A stretch of 64,000 nucleotides of DNA from positions 992,001 to 1,056,000 of the forward strand of contig CBDBCZ010000018.1 in assembly GCA_965203295.1 (NCBI GenBank), in the 5' to 3' direction. The position numbers and the translations under genes were made by a program. Below are positions 24,660 to 64,000 of the stretch, one piece after another. The notes under the pieces were generated by a model. It was not told the DNA's origin. It did not search any database and saw nothing but the letters and a program-made list of their open reading frames with translations. Source of the stretch: Nitrospirales bacterium. Lineage in GTDB: Bacteria > Nitrospirota > Nitrospiria > Nitrospirales > UBA8639. How positions within the stretch are numbered: position 1 is the first letter of the stretch; every line of letters starts with the position of its first letter.

Positions 24660-25532
24660 CTAAACAAGTCTGACATTTTATGTCTAAAAAACCAGCCGGA
24701 CGCCTTTCCCGTACAATACACACAACTCAGCTTAGGCCAAGCTATTAAACTACAGCTGTAGGGCCGGAGATACTATATTCTTAGAGCGGTACAGCGAAAG
24801 TGCTGACTCAGCAGTTCGTCATGCGCCTCCAGTTAGTAGCTATATGCCAAGAAACCAGGATCTTTACGGATACCTACCACGTTTTCGCCATCTAGGCAAC
24901 GTACAAGTACCTTCATTTGCTGTAGCCTGGCCTGCAAACCTCCAAAAGCAGCTATGCGCGGCAGTTGCATAGTAACGTATGACGTAATATATTGCGCACG
25001 TGATAAGTGCGGTGCGCGGTGTGCGCGCTCCGGCTGGTAAAAACCAGCCGGGCACCTTTCCCGTACATTACAATAAGTTACACACAACTCAGCTTAGGCC
25101 AAGCTGGCTACAGCTGTAGAACTACGAATTTTAGTAACTATATTACAGTATAGTCATGTTCCCAGACCTAAAAATCATATATAGGCATCCTCCTGTAGAG
25201 ACAACGCAGTACAGCGAAAGAGCTGACTCAGCAGTTTCGCCGTGCGCTTCTAGTTAGCAGCTATACGTCACCAAAACAGGATCTTTACGGCTGCCTACTA
25301 AGTTTTCGCCATTTAGGCAACTCACAACTACCTTCGTTTGCTGTAGCTTGGCCTGCAAATCTCCAAAAGCTGCTATATACTGCAGTTGCATAGTAACGTA
25401 TGACGTATCATATTGCGCACGTGATAAGTGCGGACGCACAAACAGACAGACAAACAAACAAACAGACACGGAAAAAGTAAAACAATCTTAGGACCAGCCG
25501 TTCGCGCGCTTGCGCGCGCTCCGGCTGGTAAA
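24660..25532 (-). mobile_element. Two tandem Helentron/DINE-like repeat copies
   Basis: aaaccagccgg...cttaggccaagc...ggctggtaaaaa block occurs twice; GC-rich hairpin near 25495-25530. Confidence 0.6.
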
Positions 25533-25773
25533 AACTGCCATTGGAAGATGCAAAGTGTTTCATACAAATCATATAGACTATCTGTATAGAGCGAGCAAAG
25601 CGAGCAAGTCAGTTGAACAAGCACAACTCAAAATAGCTTTAAAATGGAATGGAGAACAAGTCATTCTCATCAAAATGGACAACAACCATGCAGTTTGATA
25701 ATAATATGTACGCACAGACGCAATCATAAGATAGATATCACACTGAGATACAGATTAACACATTTAATTTCTA

Positions 25774-26284
25774 CCGTATAGCGCTTAAATTTCGCGGGTC
25801 TTTAATTTCACAAATTTCGCGAATTTGGAACGATACGCAAAATTATTTTAACGAAAATTTTTACACTTCCGCTAATGCATTAGATAGTAGAGTGCATGTA
25901 CATGTACGCTCTGGCAACTTGGACCCCGGATACTGCCCATCCACGCTATTGAAATACAGAAAGCATAGACAGGTCCGCGATTTCTGCGGCAAACAGCGCG
26001 AAGGTGCTATCTGCCAGCGCGAAGGTAAGGGGAGCGTGCCTGAAAATGAGCGCGAAGAAGGCCGAAATTGGAAAGCAAGCGTGCAGTGCTAGCGACCATT
26101 CGCTACTAAAGCCTTGACTAAAGCTTCCTGTAAATCTGTGCGCATAGTATAACTCAGGCACGCTCCGCCCATAAATTCATTAATACGTGGGTACGGCGAA
26201 CGAATTCGAGAAATTATTTCAACGAAACGTTCGAAAACGACTATTCGCGAATTTTTAGACCCGCCAAATTTAAGCGCTATACGG
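25774..26284. mobile_element. MITE with CCGTATAGCGCTTAAATTT TIR and TA TSD (Tc2/pogo-like)
   Basis: ta|ccgtatagcgcttaaatttcgcgggtc ... gacccgccaaatttaagcgctatacgg|ta. Confidence 0.85.
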
Positions 26285-26507
26285 TATTCATACAGAGCGA
26301 GCGCAGCGAGTTCAACTAACAAGCGCAAGTACTTGCAGTTATTATGTACATAAAGACAGCAGTATCGAGCAAGGAACAGTCTACGACTAGCAATGTTTGC
26401 AGCTAACACTAGTGCATGTACAAGATACACAATCTACTGTGGAATAAGTGTTGACAAACTAATCTTACGTATTGTTTATGTAGCTGACAGTAATGTTGTC
26501 TACTCAG

Positions 26508-55110
<28,603 letters not shown>

Positions 55111-55389
55111 CTAAAAGAAAGAGAAGAATTGTGATGATATTGTTTTGCTACAAACCCCACAAAACCTTTTCTCCTTATGGACTGGGTGACAGTTCTCCTT
55201 CGTAAATACCACTCCATGCAAAGAATTACTGGCAGACAAACTGTACCGATGAAGGTGTGCCTGAGTGAGCCTCACACTAAGTCTGCCTCATTCACACATG
55301 TGCATGCAAGCTAATACTGACACATGTGCATGCAAGCAAGTGTAGTCAGTATTAGCTTGCATGCTAACATTAACAGTACACAAGGTCTC

Positions 55390-55445
55390 CTTTTGTCACT
55401 AAGGCAGTGAGAAGGCAAGTTGCCAGCAGAGCCACTGCACGACAT
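55390..55445 (-). pseudogene. Decayed signal-peptide exon of unit C
   Basis: Homolog of 19916-19979 with an 8-nt deletion just after the ATG and the donor GT changed to GA (AAAAG|GAGACC). Confidence 0.75.
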
Positions 55446-56204
55446 CCTACCAGCCACTAATATTGCCCTATCAATAGCTAGTGTTCAATTGCAAATTTAG
55501 AGTGAACACATGCACACAGAAAAGGCAAACTAAATTAAACTTGCCGTTGATTGCTTATAATTATTGAGACATGCTGTTTTGTACATGCAATGAATTCCTT
55601 ATTTGTGCACATGCATGCTGATACCCATGCATGTGGGGGCATTGTTCCTGAATAAACTCATCCATCACCTGATTTTATGGTCTGAGCAAGAATGATTGGG
55701 GCGAACCGCACAGTCCTATATACTGCAAATGCGTTACCGCACCTATTTCAACGGCATGTTCTCAAAATTGTACACAAGCACGTGCGCGTGCATGCACTTA
55801 GTGTCTAGCTAACTGTCTGTGCGAATCAGTAATCTGTACATGTATGTATGAGTGACCTAGCTAGTAGCCATGCATTTTTGAAGTATTCCGGAGCAGCATC
55901 CGTAAGTTCGATTGGTTCCCGAGACTATTCTGAGACTGCCATACAGAGGAAAGCAAGGTTGTATTCCGGAGCAGCACGAAAGAAGAGAGGCTTCGAAAAC
56001 GACGATGCCGGCAGCAATGCAATGGACAGCAATCTACTGTAGCATCTTCAAGCAATATGTACATGTTCCCATGTACAGTCGTAATTTTTTTTTCACAAAA
56101 ATGGAAGTTGGAAGAGAGGGGAGTTAGGTAAATATTATTGCCGAGCGCAGCGAGGCCAATAATCGCGACATACGGGCTCAGAATCTCAGCTAGCGTTTAT
56201 ATAT

Positions 56205-56806
56205 ATCTTCTGCGCAAACCAGGAGGTCGCGCAATCCTAGAATTGCGCAATCCTAGAATTGCGCAATGCAAACTAGGAATCCATACTTTGGCGTGCAATC
56301 CCAGGATTGCACAGTTTTTCGCTCAAAGGTGGAATACTTTGCGCAAACCCTGCATTGCGCAAATTCGTTCGTACAAAGTCAGCATTTTGATATGAAGTGC
56401 ATGAGGAGTCAAAGTACAAACAGCAAAGGGATGAACAAAGGGTCATTGACAAGTGCTCTAAAAACAATAAACTACTGACAGTGGTTACAAAACCAATCGC
56501 CAACATGATGTATTAAAACCAACACATTAAATTTGTAATGAAACATTTTTGTCACAGCTATTACTTGTCAAATGATTCTGGCAATCTACAGTTACGGATG
56601 AATGAAACTGATGGCTTGCAAGCCACAGAGACGCTGCATTACTAATCGAGCGTGGCATTTTTATAGCTAGCTTCAGAAGTGTCAATATCACGTGTGCGTA
56701 AAAGTGGAATTGGCTGCGTAATCCTGGGATTGCGCGCCAAAGTATGAATTCCTAGTTTGCATTGCGCAATTCTAGGATTGCGCAAATTCCTGGTTCGCGC
56801 GGAACA
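56205..56806. mobile_element. MITE with long (~100 bp) inverted repeats
   Basis: gcgcaatcctagaattgcgcaatgcaaactaggaat near 56245 is inverted as attcctagtttgcattgcgcaattctaggattgcgc near 56750; TA-rich flanks. Confidence 0.75.
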
Positions 56807-57606
56807 TATATGTAAAGTGCAAAAGCAAGTCATGTAGGGATGGACTCTCACCAAAAAACAGTTCCCCAAAAACCAATGAAACAAGTGACAATGCACATCG
56901 CAATGCATGCACAGACAACCCACACATCACAGCGAGTGCAAGCAGATGCAAGCAGATGCCCTGGAACAGAGATCGTGTACATACAGAACAGACAAACAGG
57001 AACTGATTCGGAAGAATTTATGCATGCACAGTTTTCTTCATTGTCATCACATTTTCTACTGTACGCCACATACTTCGTGAAGGCTCGCCCATTATGCCCT
57101 GCATATCACTAGTAATAAAACTATACATACAATTTAAGCAGCAGTTCTTAATGGGCCACCTTCAGGAATGAAGTTTATACGAGCTTCTCATGTTTCCAGT
57201 TGTTATTTTTGCGATATAGGCTGGCCCCCGTCTCAAATTAGCACACATCCTCAGCACTTGTACACTTGAACACTATACTCACACTTGGCAGTGTGGGTAG
57301 GGCTAGATATATATTAAAGAAGATGAAATGCAGCAGGGTTCTATCTAGGATTTCTTGTTTGGGGAGTAGATCTTGAAAGTGGTAGTGGGCTGAGGGCTGC
57401 AGGCATGGTCACAGTTTTCTAGGGGGTCCAGGGGCATGCCCCCCCCTCCCCCCCTACACACACATGCACAGCATTTTTTTAAAACTCTACTGAGTTGTTC
57501 TGCAGCAATCTGAGAGTTTTCAAGTGCTAGTAGCTGTGTTACTACAGACAGATTTTTATTGTAAGTGATACTGGTCCCTGTTGGCAGGTTGTTATATTTT
57601 GGTTTA

Positions 57607-58363
57607 CAGTGGAACCTCCCATAACGGACCCTCCCACCGGCGGACAACCTCCCTATAAAGGACACCAGCCGTGGCACCAATTGAAATTACTATAGTGCTA
57701 ATGCATAAGAAACCTCCCACGAGCGGACGCTTCTTGATTCCGGACAGCGGACAAACTGCATGCTCCCGACTGCAGAAGTCCGTTGAAAACTGCCTCTTAT
57801 AACGGACAATTTGGAAGCCACACCCATCGCTCGTGCATAAACGTGTATAAAGACCGGAAGTTACTCTCGTACTCGTAGTCTAGATGGCAGATTCACTCAA
57901 TTTATCCCGCCTGAAAACTGACTCACAGCGATAGTCGAGATACTGAACGCGCATATTCCCAGTAGCTCTTGTTTCTGAGATCGCTGTATAACATGCCAAT
58001 CCAGTCGCCTACGCAAGTTGGGCAAAAACGGGCATAAACGGAACGTGACACGGATAAACAGCTGGAGCACGTGATCTGTGACGACACGTGAAAACTCTAT
58101 TTCGAGTCCATACCCATAAGCGGTGTAGAGATGCTTACACAGTTCAAACCATTCTGGACAGTTATTTTGGACATTACTGACGTTGTGGCACTCTATTTGT
58201 TATAACACTCAATGTTAATGCTTGAATACATGTCTGGTAGGCATTTGAGTGCTTAATGTGGCTAAAAATAGCAAATTGAGTCGAACCTCCCACCAGAGGA
58301 CAACCTCCGAATAAAGGACAGAAGCCTTGCTCCCAAAGTGTCCTTTATTCGGAGGTTCCACTG
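57607..58363. mobile_element. Tc1/mariner-pogo-type MITE (CAGTGGAACCTCC TIR, TA TSD)
   Basis: ta|cagtggaacctcc ... ggaggttccactg|ta. Confidence 0.85.
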
Positions 58364-58473
58364 TAGTCTTTTTTTTTGGGGGGGGGGGGGGAATGTTTCG
58401 GTGAAAGTTTTATTATGATTCTTAGAAGCAGGTACATGTAGCCATTCTATACTTTCATTTATACAGTACTTAC

Positions 58474-61400
58474 GCCTGCAGGATGGTGGATTTGGTGAAA
58501 ATGCTGCAGAGTTCGCATTCACTTGTGTGCATGTTGTGGTCACGCCTCCAATCAACTCCAGTCCCAAATTACAGGTGTAGGTAGCAGTGTCACCAACAGA
58601 GGTGCCAGTGAATGTCACCCTGCCATTGATAATGGCAGCCGGATCAGGACACAATGCTACAAAAAAGATTAATGAAAATAATTCACAGTAAACAAGCACA
58701 TGGCATACAGCAAGGTAGAACCTGCATGCTCACATATAATACTATTGGATAGGCAGCCAGTGATCACATATCGCTTGCATGATTGATATTGGTCAAGTTT
58801 GTGCAGCATTTTGGGCGAGTTAGAGGGGCAGGCCATGACAAATAGAATATCCACTGATATTGGATGGCCCCCAGATATAAATTTATTGTACAGCCATGAT
58901 TATAAATGATCAGTTCAGCATGCCGTCGATCCGGTATATCAGTGGTTACTACATGTTTTGCCTTACAGGAACTACTACACAAATATATAGTGCTACTCTG
59001 AATATACAATACAAAGTAGCTGATCGGTGTGCATGGGAATGATAGTGTATGCACTTGTTTCTAAGAATGTGGCTCTTCAATATGTAGCCAGTTTGTACAT
59101 GTACCCAGGTGCACTAAAACTCGCCTGCATAGGCACAAGGCTCTCTTCAGTATAAAGCACATGCTAACATGATTGATATTATAATATAATACATAATCAT
59201 TCCTATTTCCACAAAGTAGCTACTCACGCCTGCAAGATGGTAGGACTGATGAAAATTCTACATTGTTATCATCCACTTGTGTGCATGTGATGGTTGCAGT
59301 TCCGATTAGCTCAAAGCCCGGGTCACAGGTGTAGGTAGTAGTGTCACCAACAGAGTTGCCAGTGAATGTCCTAATACCATTGACAATGGCAGCCGGATCA
59401 CGACACAATACTAATGCTGCAGAGCGAGATGGAGGTAAATAATGTACATAATAGTTCATACACTGCCCAGTGTATTGAACAAAGTCACTTTTATAAGCAC
59501 GTGACTCCACACTGAGATTGAAGAAATGTGTATGTTCATACATTAACAGTCAATGGCTGTGTGACGGACCTATTTACGTATTGTGATTTGCACAACAGAA
59601 AAGGCATGTAGCTGATCCAAAAGTTATTCAGGCAATGTACTCACGCATGTAGGATGGTGGATTAGAACACAATACTGCAGAACAAGGTACATTGGATCTA
59701 TGCACTTCAAGATGAACAACCACTATTGTACATTATCACAGAGTTCACATTAGAAAGCAAAGCCTGCTTTTGAACATGCCGTCTGCTCGTATGTACCAAG
59801 CGAGGCAATCTGGTGATAGATCAATAACTTGTGCTACATGATGTGATTCAACCTTACATCTGAACCAGACAAAGCTGTGCTTATTAGTAAACATAACCAC
59901 TGATTCATGGATGCTAGATTTTTTTTACTCTCTACACCACTCAAGAGTCGTGATTTAAGTCATGCAAAAACTTAAGCCAATAGCAAGGATATCAATATGT
60001 GATCTTTTACCCCCTACTTCACTGCATGCCCACCTTTTACAGCAAGAAATCATTAAACTAGAATAATAATGGACTGTCCATGGTACTCTAACTTAAATAT
60101 TTGTTTCTTAATCGACTACTAAGTGTAATGATTTTAGGGAGGTATATATTCAGGTTACTTACAGAGATTATCTCTTATTACCACAACAGTCAGATCTGGC
60201 TCCAAGAAAAAGTTTCGAGGCAGTCCAGTTGGGTGATTGAAAGGATCTGGAACTACCTGCACAGTGAAACGCTCAGTGTCCTCTAAGAGATCGTCATCAA
60301 TAATAAACACTTCAATGCAAGTCCGATTGATGGTAGCAGTGATGTCAAGCAAGAAAAGATCCTCAACCGTCAGTTCCTGATAGTCTCCAGGGTCTACATG
60401 ATATGAAAAGAGTACGTCTAAAACCAAACGAGACCTGTGATAGTAAGAATAACTAACCTGCAGCAGTGCCACGGATGGTAATTGCAGCAAGGGTGATAGT
60501 AATGTCTTGTGGAAATACATTACCAGTGACACTCAGAGTATGAACACAGATTTCAAGAAATCCCTGCTCTTCATTCACAGAAGTAAATGTTTCTTCCCAC
60601 CCAATTGACACAATTGCTGCAAAAGAGATTCAACATTATTTTATATTACTTATTAACTTACAGCATACCAACTAACCATCATTATCAACAATGATAATCT
60701 GTGTAGTAGCAAAGAGAGCACTGCCATCATCAAGTGGACCACCAATATTGATATTAAACCCAGATTCTTCTAGTGATAGTTCAACTTGAAACAATTCAAG
60801 TAGTTCAACTTCATCATCATCAAGTAGTTCGAAGAAATAGGATAAGCTTTGCTGATCCGGTGAGAACTCGCGGGACTGAATCAGTTGAACAAGTATATCT
60901 CTGTTGAAATCCTGTTGATCAATATTTGCAGCACTTGGACCACCTTCTGTAATTGTGTTGAATCTTATCCCAAATGTTAACTCCGACTGCTGATTGTTCC
61001 CTTTGATGACTGGGATTCCAGTTAATTCACCAGTAGCATTTAATAATTCAGAAACTGTGTAGCTGCTCTGCTCAAATCCAATTATGAGAGCTTTGTAAGA
61101 GAAGATTTAAGCAGCCAATATATCTATAGCCTCGTACCCAACTGCAACAACAACTTCCACTTACAGGAAGAAAGCCTGTGCAGAATGATTTACGACCACA
61201 TGATAGCAACCTCACCCACTTATATATGAAGCAATGTCATACTGTAGTAGCTGTACTAATGTAGAGTAAAAGTGCTTATACCATATTACATCATCAACAA
61301 TAAAAATGATTGGCTAAAAGTATGGGTTACATAGCTTCATAACCCACACTTTTTATCAGTTCGCTACGTTGCTACGCAGCGAAGATTGTACGCATGCGCA

Positions 61401-63553
61401 ACGTGGTATAAGTGAGATAGACCACACACACTCGTGTGTTATGCGCTATAACCCACTTGTTTGCATTTATCCCTCGGCTTCGCCTCGGGATAACCGCAAA
61501 CTCGTGGGTTACATAGGCGCATAACCCACTCTTTGGTGTAGTCTATCCTATACTTAGTTCTTGCACTACTGTGTTCCTCTACAATATTTTTACCAGCCTG
61601 AGCGCGCGCAGCGCGCGAACGGCTGGTCCTAAGATTGCTTTACGTTTTCCGCGTCTGTTTGTTTGTTTGTTTGTGCGTACACGTGGGCAGTATATTACGT
61701 CATACGTTACTATGCAACTGCAATATATGGCAGTGTTTGGAGATTTGCAGGTCAAGCAGCAAACAAATGAAGGTAGTTGTGTGTTGTCTAGATGGCGCAA
61801 ACTTGGTTGGCAGCCATAAAGCTCCTCTTTTCGTGGCGTATAGCTACTAACTGGAAGCGCACGACGAAACTGCTGAGGCAGCACTTTCGCTGTATTGCAT
61901 TCGGTTGCTTATCAGTTTCTAATTCTGCATAGATACTATAATTTGTACTTCTACAGCTGCAATTAGCTTGGCCTGAGCTGAGTTGTGTGTATTGTACAGG
62001 AAAGGCGCCCGGCTGTAGTCTCGCGGGGCCATGCAGACTCCAGACGGGAAGTTAGAATCTGGTCAACTGCCCATATAGCTACGACTCGTTGTAGCACCCA
62101 CCAGACTTCGGTGGGTGACAATTAGGTGTTGTACCGCAACGTTTACATTATATAAGCGTCTAGGGTTACGGGATACTGACCCGCTGCTTTGATTTAATAG
62201 TGTAGTGAGTGAACGATGAATATCTTTGCAACTATACGCCCTATAGCCACGATCTTTTCAGCATTTATTCATGGATACTAGTTGTGTAATCAGTACAGAA
62301 AGCTTGTCTGTGAGCCCCTCCCTTGTTTAGATAGCATTAGTGGCAGTTTCAGCTGTTCGCAATAATTTTTCTCGCCAAAAATCGCTGAAGCCACTGCTGT
62401 TGCTAGGCCACTACAGCTCTCTAAGGATTCTTTTTAGATATGAAAATTATGTCAGACTTGTTTTAGATACTACATATGTCAACTACAAAGATAAAGTTGG
62501 AAAAGGGGGGCATATATAATGTTTGTCTTGAAGGAGGGGTCATAGAGGGATGAAACTCATGATACCATGGCCATAATATTATAGCTAAGGAAGCTGTCAC
62601 TTCACCTTTGCTTTGCTCCCCTTTCAGCAGTGCTTGTAGCAACTCTCTTGTATAGCTACATGTAACTGTGAGTCAGAATGGCATGCTGTGCAAAATCCAT
62701 TGCACTGATCACTGTTTATCCGGCCCCCTGACCACCTTTATCAATTTCAGTTCCCAACTTCAAGCTAGCTTTGGGCTTTTCTTCCTGTTAGTATTTTTAA
62801 AAAAGCTGGGAAAGCTGGGAAAAATATTTATATCACCTAGATTATATAGCTATACACCTTCTTTCCATTACCTTAATGGACAAGTGCATCTGCATGTAAT
62901 TAGGTAACTCTTCTATCTCAAAGCATTAGATACAGCTCTTTATTATATTACTGCTTGACATGATAATATATCACTCCTCTTGTCCTGATACGTAATGCAT
63001 GCTCTAGCTACACGAATTCTTCTCTGTACTCTCATACAAAGCAAACAGTACCCCATTCCCACACTTACGATCATCATCAATGATTCTTCCCAGAGTGGCA
63101 AAACGTCCTGTTAGATCAACCCTATCTGGATTCACGACCTCTAGAAATATAACAAATAATTGTTCCACCTCATTGATATCATCATCCACTATTCCAATAT
63201 TGACTCTCTGAACAGCTGTATTTCCAGCTGGGAATGTGATTAAAATTCTGGTGTTGCTGAAGTCTTGAACACCTGATGAAACAAGAGTTGATTAATATCT
63301 GTATGCATGCTTCTTACATTTATATGCCTCTACTTACTCGTGGCATTGATTGGTCGCCTGGGATCGTAATTTGCAACAGATGGAATTACATCGAGGATGG
63401 GTGACTGTGAGTCATTCAAAAAAGTATAGTCCACTGGAGTAGCCGCAACAGTCAGGTCAGTGGCTATGTTAGTAAGCAGCTGCACTAATGGACGTATAAA
63501 CCCCATTCCTTCGACAGTTGCGTAGTCTGGCTCAACAAACTGGAGAACAGCAG
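58474..63553 (-). CDS. Unit D (5'-partial): Calx-beta 2-4 homologs + 2 Sushi, no terminal exon found
   Basis: Exons 63338-63553, 63069-63272, 60677-61090, 60458-60616, 60163-60393, (59645-59674 microexon), 59228-59416, 58474-58656; open reading frames, all phase 1. Confidence 0.8.
61588..62462 (+). mobile_element. Helentron/DINE-like element, paralogous insertion to 43694-44943
   Basis: Same 5' end, same flanks and same terminal stem-loop. Confidence 0.6.
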
Positions 63554-64000
63554 CTGGAGATAGAGAGTTTGAAGCCCACATAACATATAATATGTGTGCA
63601 GATGTACGTGTAAAATTAGTTGCCACATGGCTGGTGGCCACTATCACCTACATGTACATACGTATCATTACGCACTTGGCTTGGCAGTAATGCAAACACC
63701 AGTTACTTATGAAAACTAGTATAGAAAATACATCGTGACAAAGTCAACGATAACCTGTTTATAAACCCAAACCACAAACAGAGTTACTCATGCTGGCCCT
63801 GTGCCAAACTTGGTGAGACCTCATTAGATCACACAGATGCCTCAGTTTTCTAGGTGCTGCTAGGAATCATAACTACCAACTTTTGATTATACTTGTATTT
63901 ACACCCTAGTGGAGGTTATTGGACATTTTGCTAGAAATCACACTCACAAATGTGAAAACAGATAGACAGTCAGAGAAGCAATACTACATCACAGTCTAGC

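Overview
Eukaryotic, intron-rich animal DNA, most likely from a demosponge (inferred from the Calx-beta/Sushi/FN3 architecture, not proven). The minus strand carries a head-to-tail array of four paralogous units (D, C, B, A from right to left) encoding Calx-beta-repeat, aggregation-factor-like proteins. Units A, B and C start with a signal exon, a 6-Cys module and homologous Calx-beta domains; D is 5'-truncated by the window edge. The 3' ends differ. C (29 exons after the signal exon, ~1,910 aa) encodes 10 Calx-beta, 4 Sushi, 2 FN3, a TM helix and a tail with an ITIM (IAYSTV) and an ITSM (TDYEEV). B is secreted (7 Calx-beta plus a Cys/Arg-rich tail, a duplicate terminal exon downstream, one frameshift). 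A has two stops and a MITE inside an exon. D has no terminal exon and can splice in frame into C, whose own signal exon is decayed. All ectodomain introns are phase 1, and some paralogous exons are far more diverged than their flanking introns. Together this suggests a diversifying cell-recognition (possibly allorecognition) locus with soluble and inhibitory-receptor forms. Introns hold a 5'-truncated Ty3/Gypsy element, many MITEs, Helentron-like repeats and an interstitial (CCCTAA)n tract. Exon coordinates were read by eye from splice signals; there is no transcript evidence.
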